A stretch of 63,712 nt of DNA, filler included, from Octopus bimaculoides (GCF_001194135.2; 6 parts of 6 records of this genome joined end to end with filler, not necessarily neighbours in it); one strand, 5' to 3'; shown: positions 38,309 to 49,767, counted from the whole stretch's first letter. Numbers and translations are program-made. Notes: generated by a model not told the origin, from the letters alone.

Positions 38309-38486
38309 CAAGGCTGATAGTTGTGGCTCGAATGTTGGAGATAGTATTCACCGTGTTTCGATAAATAGTCTCCCACGCCAAATACGCGACTTCTCGCTTT
38401 GAGTGTATGTATGTATATATGTATGTATGTATAAGTGTGGCTGTATAGAGTACTAACACAAACAAAAAGGATACACACGCGCATAT

Positions 38487-38790
38487 ACGACGAGCTTCGT
38501 TCAGTTTCCGTATACTAAATCCACTCAAGGGTTTGGTCAGCCCAAGACTATAACAGAAGACATTTTGCCTAAGTTGCTACGCAGTGGGGCTGAACCCGGA
38601 CCATGTGGTTAGGAAGCAAGCTTCTTACCATACAGTCACGAACCTACGCCTTTAAATTACGGACATAAGCCAATAAGCCGGCCCGAGACTAAAGTAGAAG
38701 ACACCCGCCCAACGTGCCACACAGTGGAACTGAACCCGTTACCATGTGGTTGGGAAACAAGCCTCTTACCACACAGTCACGCCTGTGTTT
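38487..38790 (-). mobile_element. SINE family B, 5' part present twice in tandem
   Basis: Two successive agaagaca...ctgaaccc...accatgtggtt...cttacca..cagtcacg blocks. Confidence 0.88.
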
Positions 38791-38821
38791 ATAAAAATAA
38801 TTCGACCATGCCAGGTTATAT

Positions 38822-38973
38822 ATGGGAGAATATACAAAAAATAACAACAGACGAGGACAGGTGGTGTAAATAACAAAAGTATATATTAGTATGACGCTCG
38901 GGAATACGGAAAGTCTTTGACGTTTCGAGCTACGCTCTTCAACAGAAAGAATACGGAGACAAGGAGAAAAACA
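38822..38973 (-). mobile_element. Penelope-type terminal repeat (pLTR) copy 1
   Basis: Shared with 39829-40000; contains the ctg..ga-stem-cgaaacgtc motif typical of PLE termini. Confidence 0.7.
38914..38950 (-). ncRNA. minimal type-I hammerhead ribozyme motif, atypical core CUGUUGA
   Basis: ucuuu CUGUUGA a gagc-gua-gcuc GAAA cg UC aaaga: 5-bp stem I, 4-bp stem II, palindromic ACGU stem III, GUC site. Confidence 0.65.
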
Positions 38974-39073
38974 NNNNNNNNNNNNNNNNNNNNNNNNNNN
39001 NNNNNNNNNNNNNNNNNTTAATTAATTAANNNNNNNNNNNNNNNNNNNNNNNNNNNNNNNNNNNNNNNNNNNN

Positions 39074-39117
<44 letters not shown>

Positions 39118-39828
39118 GTATGTATGCATGTATGTATATATGTGTATGCATGTATGTGTTTATACATGTATATATGTATGTATGTATGTATGTATGTGTG
39201 CATGTATGAATGAATGAATGGCATTGAACAGTTTGTGTATCATTTGCTCGCCCTTGAGATCATGGCACTCCCACATTCCTGACCCTGCGATCCATATTAC
39301 CACTGGATATCTTGCTCTGGCTTACCTCTAGATCATGTAATAGGGCGAAGAGCGCTTGTGAGGTGTTGTGGAAGCCTTATTGGACCTAAAATTTTAGGTT
39401 GCGCAATCGCCGGCGAGACGACTTTCCGGTACCCGTTCGAGTAGGAGGAGGCCCGCAGCTAGCTTGGAAGCCGCAGACGCGAATCCAGTTGAAGCCGACC
39501 GCGGTTGCAATAACCGCATGCATAGACATTGCCGATGTTTAACGTTGGCAATGGTCAGTGATGATCTTCCTCGGTCACGTGTTGACAGCCATCATGTATG
39601 GAATGTATGTATGTATGTATGTATGTATGTGTGTGTATGCATGTACGTACGTATGTATGTATGTATGTTTGTATGCACGTATGTATGTTTGTATGTATGT
39701 ATGTATGTATGTATGTATGTTTGTATGCATGTACGTACGTATGTATGTATGTATGTATGTTTGTATGTATGTATGTATGTATGTATGTATGTATGTATGT
39801 ATGTATGGAAGTATGAATGTATGTATGT

Positions 39829-40000
39829 ACAGGGAGAATTCACGAAAAAACAACAGACGAAGCCAGGTGGTGTAAACAACAAATGGATGTATTAGTATAA
39901 CGCTCGGGAATAGAGAAAGTCTTTAACCTTTCGAGCCTAAACTCTTCCACAGAAAGGAACACGGAAAGAAACAAGGAGAGAAACAAGGAGAGAAAAAAAG
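39829..40000 (-). mobile_element. Penelope-type terminal repeat copy 2
   Basis: gggagaat...caacagacga...caggtggtgtaaa...cgctcgggaata...tttcgagc..ctcttccacagaaag. Confidence 0.7.
39920..39957 (-). ncRNA. degenerate minimal hammerhead motif, core CUGUGGA
   Basis: ccuuu CUGUGGA a gagu-uuag-gcuc GAAA gg UU aaaga; stem III palindrome lost. Confidence 0.4.
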
Positions 40001-40599
40001 GAGATGTATGTATGTATGTATGTATGTATGTATGTATGTATGTATGTATGTATGCATGTACGTATGTTCTTTCCTGTTTTTAATCATTTAAATTCTTCCT
40101 CTGAAGAAAGAGCTGGTTTCTAACATACACACAAATCTCCATCTTTGGACTGTAGATAGTGAAAACAATGTCACGTTTTAAACCTAAGAAAAATCTTGCA
40201 CAGTTTTACTTTTTCGCTTACAGATTGTATTTCTGATGTGCGAGTTAATTGGTTGATTTCTTTTTCTGAAAATTCATGTTTATCGAGAGCGACAGTTAGA
40301 TATTTTCTCACAAAACTGAGTGCACCAATTATTATTAGTATAAATGTAAATTTATAATCTGGATATAGAAGCTGAAAGTTTCAAAGCAGTTGTCCATAGT
40401 TATCTTCTTTCTCTTTGATTTTCAAAGGGATATTCACATCAGCAGGATAACTGACCTCTATGATAGTACATACTTTTTCTTGTCTGTCCCAAACAACGGT
40501 ATACGGCGGTTGTGCTAACACTTGACAGATGTTTTGACGGAAATGATCCACCAGTATTCCTTGTACTGGTATTTGTGTATGTATTCAATAACAGGGGGG

Positions 40600-41620
40600 A
40601 TTTTGGATATTTATTCCAGGACATTAGGATTTGTATGTCTAGGGTGGTCCAACCCGAACACAAATCGTCAGAAGTTACATGTGCACTGACCACCTGCCCA
40701 CATTGTGTCATAAAGGGGACTGCTAGCCAGAGATCGCCATAGTGACCAATGTCCCTAACGGTGAAACTTGTTTTCATCCTTTCCAAATACATATGGACAT
40801 GCGTGTCACGTGCAAGTTGGGCCTGCGCTTTGGCCCCGTACTCCATTCAGAGTTGAGATATATGGTGCCATATGCTCTCCCTCTCCTAATGAGGGAGATT
40901 GCACTTGAAATATTTAAGTGCACTCCCTAGGTTGTCCCTAACTCTTGCTTAGACGGAAGAAGGAGGGCATTTATCGCCTTTAAAAAGCACAGGCATGTTA
41001 TGTTCCATTTATCGCTTTCTCGTTCATGGGTCGTTGTAGACTGTCACCTGTGTATAAAACGCAGCAAACTTTCGTTCTTTCAGCAAAATTTACCAACTCG
41101 CGAACCACAACAATAACAACATCAGTGCCTTCACCATAACCGGCAGTGGCGATAACAATACCGACGCCACCACCACCTCCAGCGACGCCAACAGCAGCAG
41201 TCCCAGCTCCAACAACAACAATGTCAGTGAGTGTAGAGACAACAACAATAGCAACAACAACAGGTACAGCACGGAGATACATCGGATGTTCCGAGAGCTC
41301 TTTCAAGCAAAGTGTCTCCAAACACAGGTCCTCCTTCAGGGTTCAGGAAGGGAGAGATGTAACATCCCTGGCCAGCCGCGTCTGGTAACTAAGACACGAT
41401 GGGATCCCATACTCGGTCTTATGGAAAATCCTCGAGAACCCAGGCCTCTACATCAACGGGATGAAGCGTTGCAAGTTATGCATAGCTGAACACGCAAGAA
41501 TCCTAAAAGACTCGCTCGAATCAGGGAACAAACAACCTTAAATCCAGAACGGAGATTTTCGGGTCGCGTTTACATTTTAGAAGGTCCCTGCAAGCTTTTT
41601 GGAGCCCACAAGATGTCGGC
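40600..41620 (+). mobile_element. decayed Penelope-like element, RT C-terminus plus GIY-YIG endonuclease
   Basis: FQDIRI (~FLDV), DIW (~IWFNPP), GRCRLSPVYK...RRYIGCSESSFKQSVSKHRSSFR...LASRVW*LRHDGIPYSVLWKIL...NGMKRCKLC...TLN, the PLE GIY-YIG motif series. Confidence 0.85.
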
Positions 41621-41727
41621 ACAGCCGTAATTCGATAGCCAATGGCAAAGGTAGATAATTCCCAACTGTTTACCTTTGAGTAGTGAAGCATTCCCCCTCC
41701 ATATTTTGAAGAGGTCATGGGCCAACA

Positions 41728-41801
41728 GGTTTTAGGATCTGACGATACGCCATAAAGCTAAACCTTTTATGGACGGGAAACCTAAGGTAATTCCATAAAC
41801 C
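41728..41801 (+). ncRNA. type-I hammerhead ribozyme motif 3' of the Penelope GIY-YIG ORF
   Basis: CUGACGA at 41739-41745; stem II ccauaaa/uuuaugg plus outer cg/cg; GAAA at 41777-41780; stem III acc-uaa-ggu; GUA site at 41787-41789; stem I ggau/auuc plus gguuu/aaacc. Confidence 0.7.
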
Positions 41802-42367
41802 GGTAATCCCCATTTTTAATATTACAAGGGAAAATGCGAGGAAGAGAAATAATATTCTGGAAAAGTACAGGACAAGTTATTACATCTGGTAAAGTACAGA
41901 ACAAGAAAATTCATCCCAATAAGACTATCGTCTGCGTTTTAAGCATATTTGGTTGTGAACCATAACATATGGCTCCGTAGCGTTGGGATGAAATATAGCA
42001 AAACCAGATTTAAACGAAGGTAAAACTAGAAATCATTCATTCAATGCACCATATACTATTTAATTAGTCTGACATCTAATGACTTTACCCATCATCTTTC
42101 CAACTCACCGGAGGGAATCTTAAACGCTCTTGCTGTGTATCATTGTTCATAGTAAATCAATAATCACTGCAGCAGAAGCGATAGTATTCTGTTAAAAAAT
42201 TCGATTAGATTTCGAACTACAGTTGATAACGCCTTATCAGAAATGTTTATGATTGCAGATGTATCGATTTTGGAATGATTGCATATTTGCGTCTGAAAAA
42301 TGGGACCTAAATTTTAACACTTTATACATTTACAGTTCATATTACAGCTTATACATATAGGTACAAA

Positions 42368-42547
42368 GATGGCTGTGTGGCTTTGAAACTCGATTTACAA
42401 CCACGTGGTTTCGGATTCAGTCCCACCGAGCAGTATCTTGGACAAGTGTCTTCTTCTATAGTCTCGGGCTGACCAAAGCCTTGCGAGTGGATTTGATAGA
42501 TGGAAACTGAAAGGAGCCCGTCATCTCTCCCTCTCTGTCTCTCTCTC

Positions 42548-42579
<32 letters not shown>

Positions 42580-42820
42580 CGCATATATATCAATATATCG
42601 TATGTGTGTGTGTGTCTTTGTACTTGTGTACGTACCCCACAACCGCTTTACAACCTGTGTTGGTTTGCTCACGTCTCCGTAATTTAGCGGTTCGTCATAA
42701 AAGATCGATAGAATAAGTACCAAATTTTAAAAAGAAGCACTGGAATCGATTTGTTCGACAAAACCTTACAAGGCGTTGCCCCAGCAGGGCAGCAGTCCAA
42801 ACAATAAAAGAAGTAAAAAA
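42368..42820 (+). mobile_element. full-length SINE family B (tRNA head, CORE-like segment, internal microsatellite)
   Basis: tggctgtgtgg A box, ggattcagtccc B box, tcttggacaagtgtctt resembling the CORE accttgggcaagtcactt, (TA)n(TG)n middle, aaaagaagtaaaa tail. Confidence 0.88.
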
Positions 42821-43389
42821 AAATGATTTAAAAAAAGCTATAGCGTGAAGCTAATTTTACAGAAATTTGACATTAATCGTATTTCCCACATGTAACTGCT
42901 TTATTGTGGGAAATTTCACTTTTCACCACCTCGCGAAACAATTTTCCCTTCATTACAACTTTCTCTTCATCTTATCAACCACAAAAACATCGACCCGTAC
43001 GTTTCTCTTTCATAATTTTGCATTATGCTCATCTACAACAGCTCCAACCCTTTGAACGCTTTTATAGGAAATTTCTCTTTCATTGTTGATCCCAGCTACT
43101 CTCACTCGAAAATCAGTCGGATATGGGATATTTTCGGATTCTGGAATTTCGGTTAAATTACTATCAACTGTAGAAGCAAAAACAAATATTAAGAATATTT
43201 CTAAGATATATTTAGTAAACAGCCATAAAGACATGACTTATACTTCTAGAAATATCACATAATAAATGATATGGGAGGTTTAAAAAATGTTTACAGAATT
43301 ATTTTACAGGGCCATACAAAGACCTCAAAACTAGGGTAAGTGACCGACACCTTTCTTCTTTTATTCTCCTCCTTTTGAAATGGCAATAT

Positions 43390-43605
43390 TGATTTCAAAT
43401 TTTGGCACAAGACCAGCAAGTTCGAGGGAGGTGAGTAAGTCGATTACATCGACCCCAGTGCGTAACTGGTACTTATTTTATCGACTCCGAAAGAGTGAAA
43501 GGCAACGTCAACCTCTGCGGAATTTGAACTCAGAACGTGAAGATGCACGAGTGCCGTTAAGCATTTTGCCCGACGAGCTAACAATTCCGCCAGTTCGCCG
43601 CCTTA
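43390..43605 (-). mobile_element. SINE family A (second partial copy 43620-43702)
   Basis: Reverse complement starts aaggcggcgaactggcggaattgttagc. Confidence 0.9.
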
Positions 43606-43934
43606 TGTGTTACTAATATTGGTTTCAAATTTTGTCACAAGGCCAGCAACTTCAGGGAAGGGGTTAAGTCGATTACATTGACCTCAGTATTCAGCTGGTA
43701 CTNNNNNNNNNNNNNNNNNNNNNNNNNNNNNNNNNNNNNNNNNNNNNNNNNNNNNNNNNNNNNNNNNNNNNNNNNNNNNNNNNNNNNNNNNNNNNNNNNN
43801 NNNNNNNNNNNNNNNNNNNNNNNNNNNNNNNNNNNNNNNNNNNNNNNNNNNNNNNNNNNNNNNNNNNNNNNNNNNNNNNNNNNNNNNNNNNNNNNNNNNN
43901 NNNNNNNNNNNNNNNNNNNNNNNNNNNNNNNNNC

Positions 43935-44900
43935 AAGTACATCTGCTTCCACGCCGCCCTTAGTCTGCATGCAGTAGTATTTCTGAAACGCAATTGATTC
44001 CACACCTTGTGGAAGACTACCAGATTTATGTCCCCTTCGGTCTGCCTGGTTCAAGAGGCGCGGCGATGCTACTTCAGGAAAGAGACGTAAACGTTAGTAT
44101 GATGTTCTCAGACTCAGTCGGTACCGTTGGTGGTTTTAGATGTGAACAACAATGAAGATAACCGTGGAGCCTGCAGACTAGTGACTGTCTACGCACCTAC
44201 AGGAGCCTGATGCTCGGTTTTTTCTTCGGCGACTAGAGACTTTTTCTAGAAACATCTTGCTCATTAGTGTTAGTAGGTGACTGAAATAAGATATTGGACC
44301 CACGCAAAGATTATGCAAGAGGAGTCGATGGAAGTGTGGGGTGCAAAAGCCTCATAAACCTTCTAAGCTTAGTGCTTATATAAGCTCCGAGAGGGGCCTG
44401 ACGCACCCATCTTTTTTTTAGGCGCCTAGATACTTTTCTAGGAACATCTCACTCATTAGTATTAGTAGGTGACTGTAATAAGATACTGGACCCACGCAAA
44501 GATCATGCGGGAGTAGCCAATGGAAGTATGAGTTGCAAAAGCCTCCTTAACCTTCTAAAGGCATCTCTGACTGTCAGACAGGTTTTGCCTTGATTATCCT
44601 AATACGCCAAAAGTGGATTTGGTTATCCATGTCATACTTAGTGTTTTGTCTGACTAACACATAGGGTTAGTATTGACCATAATTTCTGGTAGTTGGTTAC
44701 TCAGATCACGAAATTTAGTCCGATTCCAAAGAGATGGGCGTGGGCAGACTTTGAAGCCTGGTACATTACTGCCATTATCGGGCAAATGATTTTAGTTGAT
44801 GAAGAATTGGATGAGCCGGATGGCCTGTCCTTATCAGCTGTATTTCCACTTGATGAAGGACCCGATCAGCTATATTCCCACATGCCACATTTGTTTATTT
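43935..44900 (+). mobile_element. decayed L1/Tx1-type LINE: APE endonuclease plus start of the RT region
   Basis: ETQL, GSRGAAML, RLVTVYAPTG, LVLVGD*NKILD, GYSDHEI, then DGL-x-YQLY (~PGxDGLPYE). Confidence 0.85.
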
Positions 44901-44941
44901 CTGTCTTGGTAGCTGTATGTAAAGTATTCTTATTTCTTTAT

Positions 44942-45163
44942 TGCCCACAAGGGGCTAAACATAGAAGGAACAAACAAGGACAGACAAAGGGATTAAGTCG
45001 ATTACATCGATCCCACTGCGTAACTGGTACTTATTTAATCTATCTCGAAAGGATGAAAGGCTAAGTCGACCTCGGCGGAATTTGAACTTAGAACGTAGCG
45101 GCAGACGAAATACCGCTAAGCATTTCGCCCGGCGTGCTAACCATTCTGCCAGCTCATCGCCTT
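44942..45163 (-). mobile_element. SINE family A, young copy
   Basis: Reverse complement aggcgatgagctggcagaatggttagcacgccgggcgaaatgcttagcgg...tagccccttgtgggcaataaagaaat. Confidence 0.93.
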
Positions 45164-45399
45164 TCCTGTATGTCATTTTCGCTGTATTACTTCCGTATAA
45201 TGTATGCGCGGTGTCCAGCAGTGTTATTTTCTGCAAGTTTTTCATATTTGTAAACCCTGGGGAATTTGACCACGAACTTATCTACGCATTTTTAACCATT
45301 TCCAATGCGCCTTTTATGAGGGGGGATTGTTTCTGTTTTCAAATCCCATATTCGTATTACCTCTATTCCCAGGGATTGTTAGGATGGTGGATTGGAAGA

Positions 45400-45530
45400 G
45401 AGCGTCTACGTTCTGAGTTCAAATCCCGCCAAGGTCAAATTTCCCTTTGAGCTCAATTACTGAGCCCCATGCAATCAACTAACCCCCATCTCCCTAAAAT
45501 TACTGGCCTTGTACCTAAATAAGAAACAAT
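45400..45530 (+). mobile_element. SINE family A, partial
   Basis: tacgttctgagttcaaatcccgccaaggtc...ggccttgtacct. Confidence 0.7.
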
Positions 45531-45631
45531 TAATAGGACTTTATATGTCTCATTCTCCAGATTCTGGCAAATCGTTAACTACAGATCTTTGAATTTGTAT
45601 AATTTTTCAATCTCTTTTAGAGGTATAACGT

Positions 45632-45843
45632 CGGTTTCAAATTTTGGCTCAGGGTGTAGGTCGATTACATCGATCCCCAGTACTCAACTGGTACTTATTT
45701 TATCGACCCTGAAAGAATGAAAGGCAAAGTCGACCTCGGCAAAATTTGAACTCAGAACGTAAAGACGGTCGAAATGCTGCTAAGCATTTCGACCGGAGTN
45801 NNNNNNNNNCGTCCGGAGTGCTAACGATCCCTGCCAGCTGGAG
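45632..45843 (-). mobile_element. SINE family A
   Basis: ggtttcaaattttggc...gaaaggcaaagtcgacctcggc...ctaagcatttcg...tgccagct. Confidence 0.88.
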
Positions 45844-46277
45844 GTATAGTATCCTCATCAGGAGGAGGAGGAAGAGGAGGAAGAGGAGGAAGAGGAGGAA
45901 GAGGAGGAAGAGGAGGAAATATTTGCAATAGATATGTTTTTGGATAGTGACAGCAATGATGATGATGATGATGATGGTGATGACGACGCCAACGACGATG
46001 ATGATGATATCGATGACGACGATGACGAAAATAACGATGACAATCTAGTATATCAGCGAAGAAATCTATCGAAAGGTAGGCAATGGTTGATTGCCAGGAA
46101 ACGAAGAAAGTGGGGTGGGTAGGGTAGGGGTGGTGGTGGAGATGGCTGTTGTTGTTGTTGAGCTGGCAGTGGTGGTNNNNNNNNNNNNNNNNNNNNNNNN
46201 NNNNNNNNNNNNNNNNNNNNTTAATTAATTAANNNNNNNNNNNNNNNNNNNNNNNNNNNNNNNNNNNNNNNNNNNNA

Positions 46278-46488
46278 GCGTGGCCGTTTTCGTGCGGGTG
46301 ACACGTAAAAGCACCCACTACACTCTCTGAGTGGTTGGCGTTAGGAAGGGCATCCAGCTGTAGAAACTCTGCCAAATCAGACTGGAGCCTGGTGTTGCCA
46401 TCCGGTTTCACCAGTCCTCAGTCAAATCGTCCAACCCATGCTAGCATGGAAAGCGGACGTTAAACGATGATGATGATGATGATGATGA
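46278..46488 (+). mobile_element. SINE family C with (gat)n tail, young (older variant 46560-46795)
   Basis: gttggcgttaggaagggcatccagctgtagaaactctgccaaatc (resembles the Meta-SINE domain, from memory)...gacgttaaacgatgatgat. Confidence 0.88.
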
Positions 46489-47242
46489 TATATGTGTGTA
46501 TATTTGGCCATTGCCAGGCCTTGCCACCACTCATTCTCCTAGCTGAGAGGTTTTTGTCATTCAGGCACTGGTGGCACATAAATGTATTCATGCTGGTGCC
46601 ATGTAAAAGGCACCCATACCAGTAGTATGTAAAAACCACCCAGCACACTCTGTTAAGTGCTTGGTGCTAGGAAGAGCACCCAGCCATAGAAACCGTGTCA
46701 AAGTAGACAATTGAAACCTGGTCAACTCCTGTCAAACTGTTCAACCCATATCAGGGTGGAAAATGGACATTAATTGATGATGATGGTGACAATGATATAT
46801 GCACATGTGCACTTGCATGCTTATTTATGGATGTATATTTTCATGTATTAATAGGCATATTGATACGTGTGTATGTGCGTGTGTACGTGTGTCTATGTGC
46901 GTGCATGCATGTGTGCTTGTTTGTTTGTGTGTGTGTGTGTGTGTCTGCTTAACATATCTGTATAGTTATATATGTTCAGCAGCCTAGATGTGAATACATA
47001 TTTCTATCTGTGTCTATGTTTTTCATATATTAGAATACCTCAATATGTGTGTCTGTGCATTTATATGTTTCAGTCTGTGTAACTCCATATGCATGCATTT
47101 ATCTATCTATTTATTATATCATATATGTATGAGTGCATATACACACTTACATACATACTTTAATATATAAACACATATATGTATGTAGTTTATATGTGTG
47201 TGTTTGTGTGTATGTGTATACATATATATACACACATATAGG

Positions 47243-47378
47243 AAGGGCATCCAGCTGTAGAAACTGTGCCAAATTAGATTGGAGCCTGGTGTAGCCATCC
47301 GGTTTCACCAGTCCTCAGTCAAATCGTCCAACCCATGCTAGCATGGAAAGCGGACGTTAAACGATGATGATGATGATA
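47243..47378 (+). mobile_element. SINE family C, 5'-truncated
   Basis: ggaagggcatccagctgtagaaac...cgttaaacgatgatgatgatgat. Confidence 0.9.
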
Positions 47379-47432
47379 TATATATTTATGTATATATATA
47401 ATTTATATATACATATATATATGTGTGTGTGT

Positions 47433-47470
<38 letters not shown>

Positions 47471-47974
47471 CTTATATATATATATATTTACATGTAAGTG
47501 TGTGTATGTATGCATCCCTTAGTCACTATATGTTTTCTTCCTCATTATCTTTGTTCTACTAAACTGAATTACCAATTTGATACAGATGACTAGGCTGATA
47601 TATGCTAAAAATGCACATGGTTCTTGTCATTCCCACAACCCTACACCACACCCTCCATTGTCCGTTCTGTCCATCTATAATGTAATTAATTTGTTTTAAA
47701 AAAACATCAACTCTTGCTGCTGGACTTTGTGATTGTCTCTAAAAATATCCCTTAGTTACTTGACCCTTAATCTGATTTCTATAAAGAAAAATCAAAACAA
47801 AACAAAAACAAAACGAGAATCCTTATGCACCAGTGAATCTCACTTCCACAAATGACTACCCACACTTGTTCAATTGACATACAAATGCGCCCATTCAATC
47901 AATGATTGACAAATTGATGTTATCTACTTACATTTACTTTTTACTAACCCGAAGAACAGATTCTTTTATTGTTT

Positions 47975-48300
47975 TATTCTTTTACTTGTTTCAATCATTT
48001 TATCTGTGGCCATGCTGGAGCACCGCATCTTAGTTGAAGAGATCGATGCTTGGACTTATTCTTTGTAAGCCTGGTACTTCTCTGTTAGACTCTTTTGCTG
48101 AACCACTAAGTTATGGGGACATAAACACACCAACATCAGTTGTCAAGCGATGGTGGGTGGGGGACAAACACAGACACAAACACACAAATATATATATTCA
48201 ACAGGCTTCTATCAAATCCACTTGCAAGGATTTGGTCAGCCCGTGGCTATAGCAGAAGATACTTGCCAAAAGTGCCATGCAATGGGACTGAACCTTGAAC
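47975..48300 (-). mobile_element. SINE family B
   Basis: tttacttgtttcaatcattt...gctggagcaccgc...gggactgaacc. Confidence 0.88.
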
Positions 48301-49086
48301 AATTTTTATTTTGCTAAGTTTTGAGTGAACAGCACTTCTTTATGGAGCTGTCAGCATACATCTGCATAAGCTAGACTAGGGTTTGCACTCCTAAGTGAAT
48401 TTCTAAATGCCTGTACATACTGGACAATGTTGTGTTTATATTCATTTGAGATGAAACTGTTCTAATGCACATTTGAAGAGTTTGTTGTAACTTTAGAGAA
48501 GTGAGTTATGTTTATGTGAAGTCATTTACTTATAAGCTTGTTGTGAATGGTGTTGGTATGGACAGATGTAAGATTTATTGCTGAGGAATTTTATGTATGG
48601 ATGAGACATTGCAGGTGATGTTGGAAAAAAATGTCTAAGTGAAATTTGAATGTGTCGAATAGGCAACATTGCGCAAATGTATTTTGAAGATAGGGTGGTA
48701 CATATATGTGTAACAAGTACATGTTTTCCAAATAATGTAAGGAAGAACTTTGTGATGGATGTGGTTGCTTGGAGATTGAAAGGAAAGTTAATGATATTTT
48801 GTGTGCATATATCTCTATATATGTGTGTGTGTGTGCATGTGAGTGTGTGTATGTGTGTGTGTGCGTGTGTGTATACATGTTTGTACACGCATGTACATTT
48901 TGTATGTACATATATTATATTCATCATTTAATGATGGAAATAAGTACATGAATGATAAAGTGAAAAGTTAGCTTGTAATTTTTAATCTCATGCTAAAGAA
49001 GAAGGAAATAGTTGAAACGTTCCTGACGTTTCAAGGAAGAGATATATCTCTTTATTTGTGCATGGGTATATATTTATATATGTGTA

Positions 49087-49321
49087 TCATCATCATCATC
49101 ATCATCATCGTTTAACGTCCGCTTTCCATGCTAGCATGGGTTGGACGATTTGACAGAGGACTGGTGAAACCGGATGGCAACACCAGGCTCCAGTCTGATT
49201 TGGCAGAGTTTCTACAGCTGGATGCCCTTCCTAACGCCAACCACTCAGAGAGTGTAGTGGGTGCTTTTACGTGTCACCCGCAAGAAAACGGCCACGCTCG
49301 AAATGGTGTCTTTTATGTGCC
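49087..49321 (-). mobile_element. SINE family C, young
   Basis: Reverse complement differs from 46278-46488 at 2 positions that I could find over ~200 bp. Confidence 0.92.
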
Positions 49322-49767
49322 NNNNNNNNNNNNNNNNNNNNNNNNNNNNNNNNNNNNNNNNNNNNNNNNNNNNNNNNNNNNNNNNNNNNNNNNNNNNNNN
49401 NNNNNNNNNNNNNNNNNNNNNNNNNNNNNNNNNNNNNNNNNNNNNNNNNNNNNNNNNNNNNNNNNNNNNNNNNNNNNNNNNNNNNNNNNNNNNNNNNNNN
49501 NNNNNNNNNNNNNNNNNNNNNNNNNNNNNNNNNNNNNNNNNNNNNNNNNNNNNNNNNNNNNNNNNNNNNNNNNNNNNNNNNNNNNNNNNNNNNNNNNNNN
49601 NNNNNNNNNNNNNNNNNNNNNNNNNNNNNNNNNNNNNNNNNNNNNNNNNNNNNNNNNNNNNNNNNNNNNNNNNNNNNNNNNNNNNNNNNNNNNNNNNNNN
49701 NNNNNNNNNNNNNNNNNNNNNNNNNNNNNNNNNNNNNNNNNNNNNNNNNNNNNNNNNNNNNNNNNNA

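Noticed and set aside
42111-42190. Minus-strand exon candidate ending ccg|gtgagt
   Set aside because: Stops in all three frames after the acceptor; only a 14-codon ATG frame remains
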